Shown here piece by piece: positions 55,216-64,000 of a DNA stretch of 64,000 nucleotides (position 1 is its first letter; each line of letters opens with the position of its first letter). Source of the DNA: Acidobacteriota bacterium (GTDB lineage Bacteria > Acidobacteriota > UBA890 > WLXD01); the NCBI GenBank assembly GCA_963666215.2, contig CAXWPL010000003.1:32001-96000 (forward strand), given 5' to 3'. A model generated the notes under the pieces. That model ran no database searches. It was given only the letters and a program-made list of their open reading frames with translations, and was not told the origin of the DNA. A program made the position numbers and the translations under genes.

Positions 55216-57798
55216 GTGACACTCACTCCCCCGAACCCGAAGACCTACGAGAAGCTCGGCGCCTTCTACCTGGGCCGTGAATACGACCTGGGTAAGCGCG
55301 AGATGCGCGACGAGCTGCTCCTCTATGACTCCAAGGATCTGACCACGCACGCGGTTTGTGTGGGCATGACGGGGTCGGGCAAGACGGGGCTTTGCGTCAG
55401 CCTGCTCAAAGAAGCGGCGCTCGACGGCGTGCCGGCGCTCATCATCGATCCCAAGGGCGACCTGACCAACCTGCTGCTCACCTTCCCGCAGCTGCGCGGC
55501 CCCGATTTCGCACCGTGGATCAACGAGGACGACGCTCGCCGCAAGGGAATGTCGGCCAGCGAGTACGCCAATGCCCAGGCCAAGCTGTGGCGAGACGGCC
55601 TCGGGCAATGGGGACAGGACGGCGAGCGCATCGCGCAGCTCCGCCAGGCCGCCGACTTCGCGGTGTACACCCCTGGCAGTCATTCAGGCCGGCCGCTCTC
55701 GGTGCTGTCGTCGTTTGCCGCGCCACCGCCCGAGGTTCTCGGCGAGTCCGACCTGCTCCGCGACCAGGTGACTACGGCGGCCTCGAGCCTGTTGAGCCTG
55801 ATAGGCATCGACGCCGACCCGATCCGCTCGCGCGAGCACATCTTGCTGTCGACAATCATCGAATTCACCTGGAAAGAGCGCCGCGACCTCGACCTTGCCG
55901 GGCTGATTCAACTCATCCAGCGACCACCGGTGCAGCGCGTGGGTGTGCTGGATCTCGAGTCGTTCTATCCCGAGAAGGATCGCTTCAAGCTGGCGCTGCT
56001 GGTGAACAACCTACTGGCGTCGCCCGGTTTCTCGAGCTGGCTCGAAGGCGAGCCGATGGACGTCGGGCATTTGCTTTACACCCCCGAGGGCCGACCGCGA
56101 GTATCGATTGGAAATATCGCGCACCTCGGCGAGAAGGAGCGCATGTTCGTCGTCTCGCTGCTGGTCAACCAGATGCTCTCCTGGATGCGCAGTCGCTCGG
56201 GCACGACCAGCCTGCGCGCTCTCCTCTACATGGACGAGATCTTCGGCTACATGCCACCCGTGGCCGAACCCCCGTCGAAGCGACCACTGTTGACGATGCT
56301 CAAACAGGCCCGCGCGTACGGCGTAGGGGTCGTTCTCGCAACCCAGAACCCGGTCGACCTCGACTACAAGGGCCTGTCGAACACCGGGACATGGTTCCTG
56401 GGACGCCTGCAAACCGATCGCGACAAGCAACGTGTGCTCGATGGCCTCGAGGGAGCAGCGGCCGGGTCTGAATCGTTCGATCGCGCGGCCATGGAGGAAA
56501 CGCTGGCCGGCCTCGGCAAACGAGTTTTCTTGATGCACAACGTGCATGACGAGGCGCCGGTGGTCTTCCACACGCGCTGGGCAATGTCGTATCTGCGTGG
56601 TCCCTTGACGCGATCCCAGCTCCGCCAACTCCATCAATCTGGTCCTGCAGTCGAGGTGGGGGTTGCCGCTGCCAGCGGCCAACCCGGTGTGGCAACGACT
56701 GTTTCCGGCGCTGCGTCAGCAGCGTTCTCGGCCCCGACGGGCCCGTCGATGTACGCCACTTCGACGCACGTCGCGACAGGACAAATGGGAGCTCAGCTCG
56801 TCGGCGAGGGACTCCATGCCGTCGCCCGCGCTGGCGCGCCCGATGCGGCCGCCGCCGCTCCGCTGCTGCCACCCGACGTCCGGCAAGTCTACTTTCCTCT
56901 CACGAGGGTCTCGGGCGCGCCCATCCGCTACCTGCCACAGCTCATGGGTCTGGCCAAGGTGCACTTCGTCGACACGCGCAAGGGCCTGCAGGCAAGCGAG
57001 CACCTCTGCCTGCTGACGTCGATCAACGTGGGCGCGGCTCTGGACGTCGACTGGGATGCCGCGACGCAGACCTCGGTCGACGCCGATCATTTCGGAGCGC
57101 GCCCGCCGGTGCCCGGACGCCATGCGGAGCTGCCGGCCGACGCCGCCCAAGCCAAGAGCTACACGCGCTGGAGCAAGGACTTCGGCAACTGGATCTATCG
57201 CAGCCGACGCTTCGAGCTGCTGCATAGCCCCAAGCTCAAGGAATACTCCAAGCCAGGCGAGAGCGAGCAGGACTTCCGTCTGCGACTCGGCGACCGCGGC
57301 CGCGAGGAGCGAGACGCTCAAATCGGGAAGTTGCGCAGGAAATACGCCTCCAAAACGAAGACGTTGCGCGACCGTGTTCGGCGCGCGGAGCTTGCCGTAG
57401 GCCGTGAGCAGGATGAGGCACGTGGGGCCAAGGTGCAGAGCGCGATCTCTTTCGGGACAACGATCCTCAGCGCGCTGCTCGGCCGCAGCGCGGTCAGCGC
57501 GACAACCCTCGGCAAGGCAACCACAGCAGCACGTGGCCTCGGTCGGGCAGCCGACCAAGCGAAAGATGTAGACGAGGCACGCGCCAACCTCGACGCTTAC
57601 ACGAAGCAGCTGCAAGACCTCGAGTCGGAGCTCGAGTCCGAAAGCGAGCGCCTTCGAGCGTTGCTCGATCCGATGCGCGAAGAATTCGACACGTTCTCGC
57701 TCAGACCGCGCAAGACCGACATCGACATCCGCCTGTTCGCGCTGGCCTGGACGCCACACGAGGAAGCCCCCGACGGACGCCTCACCCCCGCCTGGTAG
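55216..57798 (+). CDS. HerA/FtsK-superfamily (DUF87/DUF853-like) ATPase with a C-terminal coiled coil
   Basis: TTHAVCVGMTGSGKT, IIDPKGD, LYMDEIFG, KQARAYGVGVVLATQNPVD. Confidence 0.85.
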   Translation: MTLTPPNPKTYEKLGAFYLGREYDLGKREMRDELLLYDSKDLTTHAVCVGMTGSGKTGLCVSLLKEAALDGVPALIIDPKGDLTNLLLTFPQLRGPDFAPWINEDDARRKGMSASEYANAQAKLWRDGLGQWGQDGERIAQLRQAADFAVYTPGSHSGRPLSVLSSFAAPPPEVLGESDLLRDQVTTAASSLLSLIGIDADPIRSREHILLSTIIEFTWKERRDLDLAGLIQLIQRPPVQRVGVLDLESFYPEKDRFKLALLVNNLLASPGFSSWLEGEPMDVGHLLYTPEGRPRVSIGNIAHLGEKERMFVVSLLVNQMLSWMRSRSGTTSLRALLYMDEIFGYMPPVAEPPSKRPLLTMLKQARAYGVGVVLATQNPVDLDYKGLSNTGTWFLGRLQTDRDKQRVLDGLEGAAAGSESFDRAAMEETLAGLGKRVFLMHNVHDEAPVVFHTRWAMSYLRGPLTRSQLRQLHQSGPAVEVGVAAASGQPGVATTVSGAASAAFSAPTGPSMYATSTHVATGQMGAQLVGEGLHAVARAGAPDAAAAAPLLPPDVRQVYFPLTRVSGAPIRYLPQLMGLAKVHFVDTRKGLQASEHLCLLTSINVGAALDVDWDAATQTSVDADHFGARPPVPGRHAELPADAAQAKSYTRWSKDFGNWIYRSRRFELLHSPKLKEYSKPGESEQDFRLRLGDRGREERDAQIGKLRRKYASKTKTLRDRVRRAELAVGREQDEARGAKVQSAISFGTTILSALLGRSAVSATTLGKATTAARGLGRAADQAKDVDEARANLDAYTKQLQDLESELESESERLRALLDPMREEFDTFSLRPRKTDIDIRLFALAWTPHEEAPDGRLTPAW

Positions 57799-57869
57799 CT
57801 CGATCTGCCGAACCGATCTGTCGACAACAGGTCGATCGCGTACAATCGCAGCGGCCCGGAGGCCCCGAT

Positions 57870-58739
57870 ATGAGTACGTCATCTTCCAACAACGGCTGGA
57901 CAATCGAAGTCGGTTCCCACACCGACGTCGGCAAGGTGCGCAAACACAACGAGGACAATTCGGGTGTTGCGGAAGAAATCGGCCTCTACGTGGTGGCTGA
58001 CGGCATGGGCGGCCACCGCGCCGGCGAGCTGGCAAGCGCGATTGCGGTGGAGTCGCTCGTCGAGAGCCTGCGCGAACATGCCGACGAGCTCAACTGCTCC
58101 AACGACGCCAACGGGGTAGCCGGCGACCGCATCCTCGAGGGCTTTCGGCTGGCCAACCAGAAGATCATCGCCGACGCGACCGAGAATGCCGACCATCACG
58201 GCATGGGAACCACCATGACCGCGATCCTCGTGCAGGGCAGTGAGTTCTGGATCGGCCACGTCGGCGACTCCCGCGCCTTTCGAGTCCGCGACGGCCAGGC
58301 CGAGCAGCTCACCCTCGATCACTCGGTTGTCGCCGAGCAGGTGCGTCACGGCGTGATCACCGAGGAACAGGCCCATCACCACCCGCTGCGCAGCGTGTTG
58401 ACGCGCAGCCTGGGCACCGTCCACGAGCTCGAGGTCGACCTGGGACACGGCGAGCTCCAGGACGACGACGTGTTCCTGATTGCTTCGGACGGCCTGACCA
58501 ACTCCGTTGACCTCGGAACCATCTCCGAGACGGCAGCAGGTTCGTCGAGCGTTGACGAGCTCGCGGCCAACCTCGTGGCCGAGGCGCGCGAGCGCGACGG
58601 TAGCGACAACATCACGGCGGTTGTGCTCGCCTGCCACGCCGGCGACGGCGGCAACAGCGACGATCAGGCCACCGGATCCCCGGAAACGGGCGATCCTTCG
58701 GAGCCCAATTCAGCGTCGACCGCCTCCCCAGGCGCTTAG
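57870..58739 (+). CDS. PP2C-type Ser/Thr phosphatase (Stp1/PrpC family)
   Basis: TDVGKVRKHNED, VADGMGGH, GMGTT, HVGDSR, SDGL, DNIT. Confidence 0.93.
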   Translation: MSTSSSNNGWTIEVGSHTDVGKVRKHNEDNSGVAEEIGLYVVADGMGGHRAGELASAIAVESLVESLREHADELNCSNDANGVAGDRILEGFRLANQKIIADATENADHHGMGTTMTAILVQGSEFWIGHVGDSRAFRVRDGQAEQLTLDHSVVAEQVRHGVITEEQAHHHPLRSVLTRSLGTVHELEVDLGHGELQDDDVFLIASDGLTNSVDLGTISETAAGSSSVDELAANLVAEARERDGSDNITAVVLACHAGDGGNSDDQATGSPETGDPSEPNSASTASPGA

Positions 58740-59007
58740 CGCTTGGCGCCTGCGCCGTCCTCGACAACGGCGTGCAGGCCCGCTGGCCCCTTCTGTGCGG
58801 GCGCTTCAGCGAAGTTGGCGCGCGACGGCGGCATGAACTATCGGTGGGCCGCGTCGGTCACAAGATCCGTGCGCTCATTGTGCGGAGGACCGTCTGCGCG
58901 AGACAATCAGCGATCGTTGCCTCCCCCGGGCGGACCTGCGCAATGGAATTTTCGACGAACGGGCGGAAATCTGCGGCTGGCGGCCTTCTGATCAGATTAG
59001 GTACCCC

Positions 59008-59455
59008 ATGAACGCGTTGATCGACTTTTCAGTGCGTCGCCCGGTGGCCATCGCGATGATGTACTGCGCGCTGGCGTTGATGGCGTACGCGGCATGGATC
59101 AACCTCCCCGTCGATGTCGTGCCTACCGGCGAGTTTCCGCAGGTCGTTGTCTCCACGACTTGGAGCGGCGCTTCGCCCGAGTCGATCCAAACCGAGATCA
59201 CGAGCCCGATCGAATCCGTCGCGATCACTATCCCTGGGGTCCACAAGGTCAGCTCGGTCTCCCGCCGCGGTGCGTCTCAGGTCACGATCGAGTTCAACGA
59301 AGACGCCAATATCGGATTGGCGCGATTCGAGCTCAGCGACCGCCTGTCTCTCTTGCGGCCCGATCTGCCCGTGGAGGCAGAGGCTCCACAGGTTTCCAAC
59401 GACTTGCCGTACGAGTTCGCCGAGTTCGGCAACAGCACGTTCTTCGAGTTCAGTC
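59008..59455 (+). pseudogene. Truncated RND efflux permease (AcrB/CusA family, first ~150 aa only)
   Basis: FSVRRPVA, TM1, LPVD..P...FPQVVVSTTWSGASPE, ITSPIE, SVSRRGASQVTIEF; similarity ends about 30 bp from the convergent lhr stop and the ORF continues as lhr antisense. Confidence 0.82.
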
Positions 59456-59484
59456 CAAGCCTTGTTGCGGCGAACCGTTTCGCG

Positions 59485-62400
59485 CTAGGCCGGCCGCCCG
59501 AGATAGGCGCGCAGCTGAGGTGGAATCGTGCGGCGGACGAGCGCCTGTTGCAGCTTCCACTGGGTGGCGGGATCGAACTCAGCGAGAAACCGCACCTTGC
59601 CCGACTCGCGAACGGCAACAGGGAAACCGTCGCGGAAGAGAACTCGGTTGTCGACGAGCGCCGCGACGCGGTCGCCGGGTGTGATGACGCCAACGAGATT
59701 GAGCGGGTCGGCGGCGCTGATCGAAATGAGGCTGCTGTCGTCGTGCTCTCGGCGGGCGGCGCGAAGCTTGCCAATGGCCTCGGGGAGCGCGTACTGCTCG
59801 CCGGAGAAGCCGGCGACGAAGCGACCACCGCGAATGTCGCCACGAGCTTCGAGGCGCCGATAGATGCGAACCAGGTCGCGCCACGGCGGCAGGCCGCTCT
59901 CGCGTTGCAGCAGGCGTGGGAACACAACGCCGTAGCGGAGTAGTAGAACCCGCGCGACGATCTCGACGTCTTCCTCGGTGCCGCCGCGGTTGGCCTCACC
60001 CGCAGAGCCGACGCCAGGAATGGTCGACCATCGGCCTGCGTTTTCCATGCCGAAAACCGCAACCGTGCCCTTGCGACGGCCACCGCGGGGCGGTCGGCGT
60101 CGGCTCGAAGGCACAAGAAGCGCGCGCAGCCCGGTGAAGGAATCGGCGGTAACCCGACCCCAGGATGCGAGCTCGGCCAACCCCTGCTCCACCTGACTCT
60201 GCAGGAGCCCCGAGTGCGTCACGAGATCTTGGAAGAATGAGGCTCCTTCGGCTTCGAGGACGTCGAGCACTTTCGCGGCCTCGCGCGACAATTCCATGTC
60301 GACCCGACCCTCTGGTGTACGTGAGGCGAAGCTCTTCCAGGTTGCGGTGTAGGTGCGTCGCAGGAGCGCGATCGGAGTCGAGCGCACGGGGCCTGTCCGA
60401 CGCTTGGGGTGTCCGGCATCGTCGCTCGAGATCGCTGCAAGAAGCGCGGGAGATGCGTCGGCTGCAACCGATTCTTCGGTCTTGTCCGACTGCTCGGACC
60501 GCGCTGGTCGCATGCGCGACGTCGAAAGCCGGTCATCGGAGAGCGCGAGCCGAGGAACCGTTCGGCGGCTCCACGTGAAGCGGCCCGACAGGCAAAGTGC
60601 GTCGAGCCAGACGGGGTCGTACTTCATCAGGCGTGCCGGCAGGATCTCCGACTCCCAGGCGACGGCCGGAGACTCGAAGCCCTCGAGCTGATCGAGCAAG
60701 GCTGAGAGGCTCTCTGGACCTTCGGCACGATCACGCCGATCGAGACGTTGCCAGCGCAGCAGGAAGCGCATGAGGTCGGCGGCTCCGACGGGCTCGATCT
60801 CGGCACGCAAGCGGTTGAGCGTGTAGCGGTGAATGCGGGCCAGCAGCCTGCGCTCACACCACTGAACAGGAAGAGACTGCGCCCTTGACGTCTCACCTTT
60901 GTCGAGCGCCGGCTGAGATTGAGGGGCGGCAGGGGCACGGCTGAACTGGCCGCGGAAAACAAAGCCCTCACTCTCGAGCGCGAGCAGGGCCGCGTCCACT
61001 TTGCCTGTCGGCACACCAAGGCTCGACGCGACCTCGGCCGCGGTCACGGGGCCAAGCGCCTGCAGTCTGCCGCGCAGTAACTCTACGAGCGCGACCGCCG
61101 GCTCCCATTCGCGATCGCAGCGAGTCGGGATTTCTACGCGGAGCCCGTTCTCTTGAACGAGCCGGTTCTTCTTAGCGCTCGCGGCAGACCCCGATGTCGT
61201 CGGCGGAACAAACGACGCCACCGCCTCGAGCTCTGGAAGGCGCTCCGCCGCCACACACAAGATTGGAGCGCCTGAGCCCAACCGCACGCACGTTGCGCGC
61301 GACGCCTCAGCCAGCTCGCTCAACAGACCGTCGCGACTCGGGCTCGCCGACGCTACCTCGGCGGCGGTCAGAAACCCGTGCAACAACAGTGCGTCGTGGA
61401 GATCGTCGGCCGTTTCGCGGAAAATGGCACCGGAATCGGCGTCGGGCGCGAAACTCGACAGCGGCCAGGCCTCCTGGCGAACCCGCTCGATGGCCTCGGG
61501 ATCGAGGGCACTGAGATCGTCAGCGCTCTGCGGATCGGTCCAGCGACGTGTGCGGATGGCCTGGGTGCGACGCTCCTCGAGCGGCGCGTCGTCGAGGAAG
61601 GCGTAGGGACGTGCACCAATGATCTCGTGCGCCAACGGCGACGGCTCACGAACGTCGAGCGCCACCAGGCGTTTGTTACCTGCGGCGATCTCGGTGAGGA
61701 CCTCCTCGAATTCGTCGAAGTCCATCGCTTCTCGCAGACAATCCTCGATCGTCTGCGCAACCAGTGGATGGTCCGGAATCTCGCGATCCCCGGCGATGTT
61801 CTCGAGGCAGGCAAGCTGATCGGGAAAAACGACGGCCAGCAGGTCTTCGGCGTCCATGCGCTGCAGCTGCGGCGCCAGCCACTTGCCGCCCACCCAGCGC
61901 TTGACGGCCAGCGCACGCGACGCATTCCAACGCCAACGCACCGGGAACATCGGTGCGTCGAGGAAAGCCTGCACCAACTTGTCGCGAACGCTACCCGGCT
62001 TGAGGTAGTTGAAAACATCATCGAGCGGAAAGCTGTGTGTCGGGCCCAGGGAGAGGATCAGGGCGTCGTCGGTGGCTGCCGCCTGCAGTTCGAAGTTGAA
62101 CGTGCGGCAGAACACCTTGCGCAGCGACAGGCCCCAAGCTCGATTGACGCGTGTACCGAAGGGCGAGTGCACCACCATGTGCATGTCGCCCGCTTCGTCG
62201 AAGAAACGTTCGATCACGATCGACTTGCGTGTCGGCATCACGCCGAGCGACCTACGGCCGGCCGCCAGATACTCAACCGTCGCCGTCGCCGCCACGGAAT
62301 CGACGCCAACCTCATCGACGAGCCACCCGATCGCGGGCTCGAGGTCGTCGACGGCCACCCCGAGACGCTCGTCGATCTCCGACCGCAACCGAGAGACGGC

Positions 62401-64000
62401 TTGCGACAGCTCCTTGGTACGCCCCGGGGCCTCGCCCAACCAGAACGGCAACGTCGGTGGAAGCCCGTGCGCGTCTTCCACTCGCACCGTGCCTGTCTCG
62501 ATGCGCAGAATGCGCCACGAGGTGTTGCCGAGCTGCACGATGTCGCCAGGCATGCTCTCGATCGAAAAATCCTCGTCGAGCGAGCCCACGACGATACCCG
62601 CCGGCTCCTGAATCACCTTGAACTCGAAGGTATCGGGGATCGCCCCACCGCAGGTCAGAGCCGTTAGGCGGGCCCCACGGCGTGCCCGAATGCGACCGTT
62701 GACGGCATCGAGATGCGGATAGGCGCCACGACGCCCGCGACGCGTACTGAACCCCTGTGCCAGCATCTCGACGACTTCGTCGAAGCGTTCGCGCTTCAGA
62801 TCGCGGTACGGGTAGGCGCGGACGACGCGTTCGTAGAGCTCCGTTTCGTCGATCGGCTCGTCGCCCAACGAGGCGACCCAGGCAACGATCTGCTGCGCCA
62901 GGATGTCGAGCGGCTGCTCGGGAATGATCAGGCGGTCGAGCTCACCTCTGCGCGCGGCGTCGAGCGCGGCGACGCACTCCACCAGGTCGTCGCGGGTCGA
63001 CGGAAAGATCCTGCCCTTGGGGAGGCCATCGATCGAATGGCCGGAACGCCCAACGCGCTGCAGCAGCGTGGCAATTGAGCGAGGCGAGCCAATCTGGACC
63101 ACCAGGTCGACCGCGCCGATGTCGATCCCGAGCTCGAGCGACGCGGTCGCAACCAAGGCGCGGAGCTCGCCGCTCTTCAACGCCTGCTCTGCTTCCAGCC
63201 GCTGCTCGCGCGACAGGCTGCCGTGGTGCGAGGTCACCAAGGCCGCGGACTTCGACTTCGAGTGACCCGTCGGCGGCGGCGCCCCGACCGCTCCCTCGAA
63301 GCCCTCTGGCTCGTCGAGCCGCTCGGCCAGATGCTTGGCGGCGCGCTCTGCCAGACGCCTCGTGTTGACGAAGATCAGCGTGGTCCGATGCTCGCGAACG
63401 AGGTCGGCGAGACGATCGTAGACCTCGGCCCAGACCTCGTTCGACATCACCGCCTCGAGCGGAGAGCGCGGCATTTCGATGGCGATGTCCATCGCTCGAC
63501 GGTGGCCCCCATCGACGATGTCGCAATCCGCAGTGGCGCCGGCATCGAGATTCCCCTGCCCCACCAGGTAGCGGGCTACGAGCTCGATGGGGCGCTGGGT
63601 TGCCGAAAGACCGATGCGCTGTAGCCTGCGACCGCCGCCGCGAGCCTCGATGAGCGCCTCGAGGCGCTCCATCGTCAGCGACAGATGCGAGCCGCGCTTG
63701 TCGTCGGCAATCGCATGGATCTCGTCGACGATCAGGGTGTGCGCCGTGCCCAGCATCCGACGACCACCGTCGGAGGTGAGTAGGAGGTACAGCGACTCGG
63801 GCGTCGTCACCAGCACGTGCGGCGGGTGCTTCACCATTGCAGCGCGCTCCGAGGGCGAGGTGTCACCGGTGCGCACCTGCGTGCGGATCGCCACGTCCTC
63901 GTGGCCGAGCTCGAGTAACTCTCGACCGATTCCCTCGAGTGGGACCTGCAGGTTCTTCTGGATGTCGTTGCTCAACGCCTTGAGCGGCGACACGTAGACA
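59485..64000 (-). CDS. lhr: Lhr-family SF2 helicase, long form (5' partial)
   Basis: [44 protein letters not shown], and a long C-terminal region (LLRYGVV...[15 protein letters not shown]...AADPLNL). Confidence 0.92.
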   Translation of the reverse strand, partial: VYVSPLKALSNDIQKNLQVPLEGIGRELLELGHEDVAIRTQVRTGDTSPSERAAMVKHPPHVLVTTPESLYLLLTSDGGRRMLGTAHTLIVDEIHAIADDKRGSHLSLTMERLEALIEARGGGRRLQRIGLSATQRPIELVARYLVGQGNLDAGATADCDIVDGGHRRAMDIAIEMPRSPLEAVMSNEVWAEVYDRLADLVREHRTTLIFVNTRRLAERAAKHLAERLDEPEGFEGAVGAPPPTGHSKSKSAALVTSHHGSLSREQRLEAEQALKSGELRALVATASLELGIDIGAVDLVVQIGSPRSIATLLQRVGRSGHSIDGLPKGRIFPSTRDDLVECVAALDAARRGELDRLIIPEQPLDILAQQIVAWVASLGDEPIDETELYERVVRAYPYRDLKRERFDEVVEMLAQGFSTRRGRRGAYPHLDAVNGRIRARRGARLTALTCGGAIPDTFEFKVIQEPAGIVVGSLDEDFSIESMPGDIVQLGNTSWRILRIETGTVRVEDAHGLPPTLPFWLGEAPGRTKELSQAVSRLRSEIDERLGVAVDDLEPAIGWLVDEVGVDSVAATATVEYLAAGRRSLGVMPTRKSIVIERFFDEAGDMHMVVHSPFGTRVNRAWGLSLRKVFCRTFNFELQAAATDDALILSLGPTHSFPLDDVFNYLKPGSVRDKLVQAFLDAPMFPVRWRWNASRALAVKRWVGGKWLAPQLQRMDAEDLLAVVFPDQLACLENIAGDREIPDHPLVAQTIEDCLREAMDFDEFEEVLTEIAAGNKRLVALDVREPSPLAHEIIGARPYAFLDDAPLEERRTQAIRTRRWTDPQSADDLSALDPEAIERVRQEAWPLSSFAPDADSGAIFRETADDLHDALLLHGFLTAAEVASASPSRDGLLSELAEASRATCVRLGSGAPILCVAAERLPELEAVASFVPPTTSGSAASAKKNRLVQENGLRVEIPTRCDREWEPAVALVELLRGRLQALGPVTAAEVASSLGVPTGKVDAALLALESEGFVFRGQFSRAPAAPQSQPALDKGETSRAQSLPVQWCERRLLARIHRYTLNRLRAEIEPVGAADLMRFLLRWQRLDRRDRAEGPESLSALLDQLEGFESPAVAWESEILPARLMKYDPVWLDALCLSGRFTWSRRTVPRLALSDDRLSTSRMRPARSEQSDKTEESVAADASPALLAAISSDDAGHPKRRTGPVRSTPIALLRRTYTATWKSFASRTPEGRVDMELSREAAKVLDVLEAEGASFFQDLVTHSGLLQSQVEQGLAELASWGRVTADSFTGLRALLVPSSRRRPPRGGRRKGTVAVFGMENAGRWSTIPGVGSAGEANRGGTEEDVEIVARVLLLRYGVVFPRLLQRESGLPPWRDLVRIYRRLEARGDIRGGRFVAGFSGEQYALPEAIGKLRAARREHDDSSLISISAADPLNLVGVITPGDRVAALVDNRVLFRDGFPVAVRESGKVRFLAEFDPATQWKLQQALVRRTIPPQLRAYLGRPA

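Noticed and set aside
59456-59943. C-terminal half of the 311-aa ORF as a real RND domain
   Set aside because: It is almost entirely the antisense reading of the lhr 3' end.

Overview
GC-rich bacterial chromosomal window with about 48 genes. The gene style (ECF/anti-sigma/DUF4097 triads, TonB receptor with an N-terminal carboxypeptidase-regulatory-like domain, VPS10-type protein, Thr-type sulfatase) suggests Acidobacteriota; this is inference only. In order: partial LplT/Aas-type MFS gene; lutC and a lutB-lutA fusion; an IS481-family element inside the signal peptide of a small secreted-protein gene; a Tat-less molybdopterin oxidoreductase with a fused NrfC-NrfD partner; TIGR01777 epimerase; Ycf46-like AAA ATPase; M28 peptidase; flotillin; two ECF sigma modules; a five-gene MoxR/DUF58/vWA operon; sulfatase; two amidohydrolases; DUF4331 and TPR genes; TonB receptor; tandem FABP-like paralogs; a leucine-degradation (liu) cluster with a TetR gene and a perfect operator palindrome; HerA-like ATPase; PP2C phosphatase; Lhr helicase. 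The strongest window-wide signal is gene damage in eight loci: one IS insertion, one Trp-to-amber stop, three 1-bp indels in two genes, and four apparent large deletions (FHA::MBL chimera, HzsA-like, VPS10, RND). This points to ongoing genome erosion, though the point lesions could be assembly error. No rRNA, tRNA or CRISPR array was recognised. All family calls come from motif recognition by eye, not database searches.
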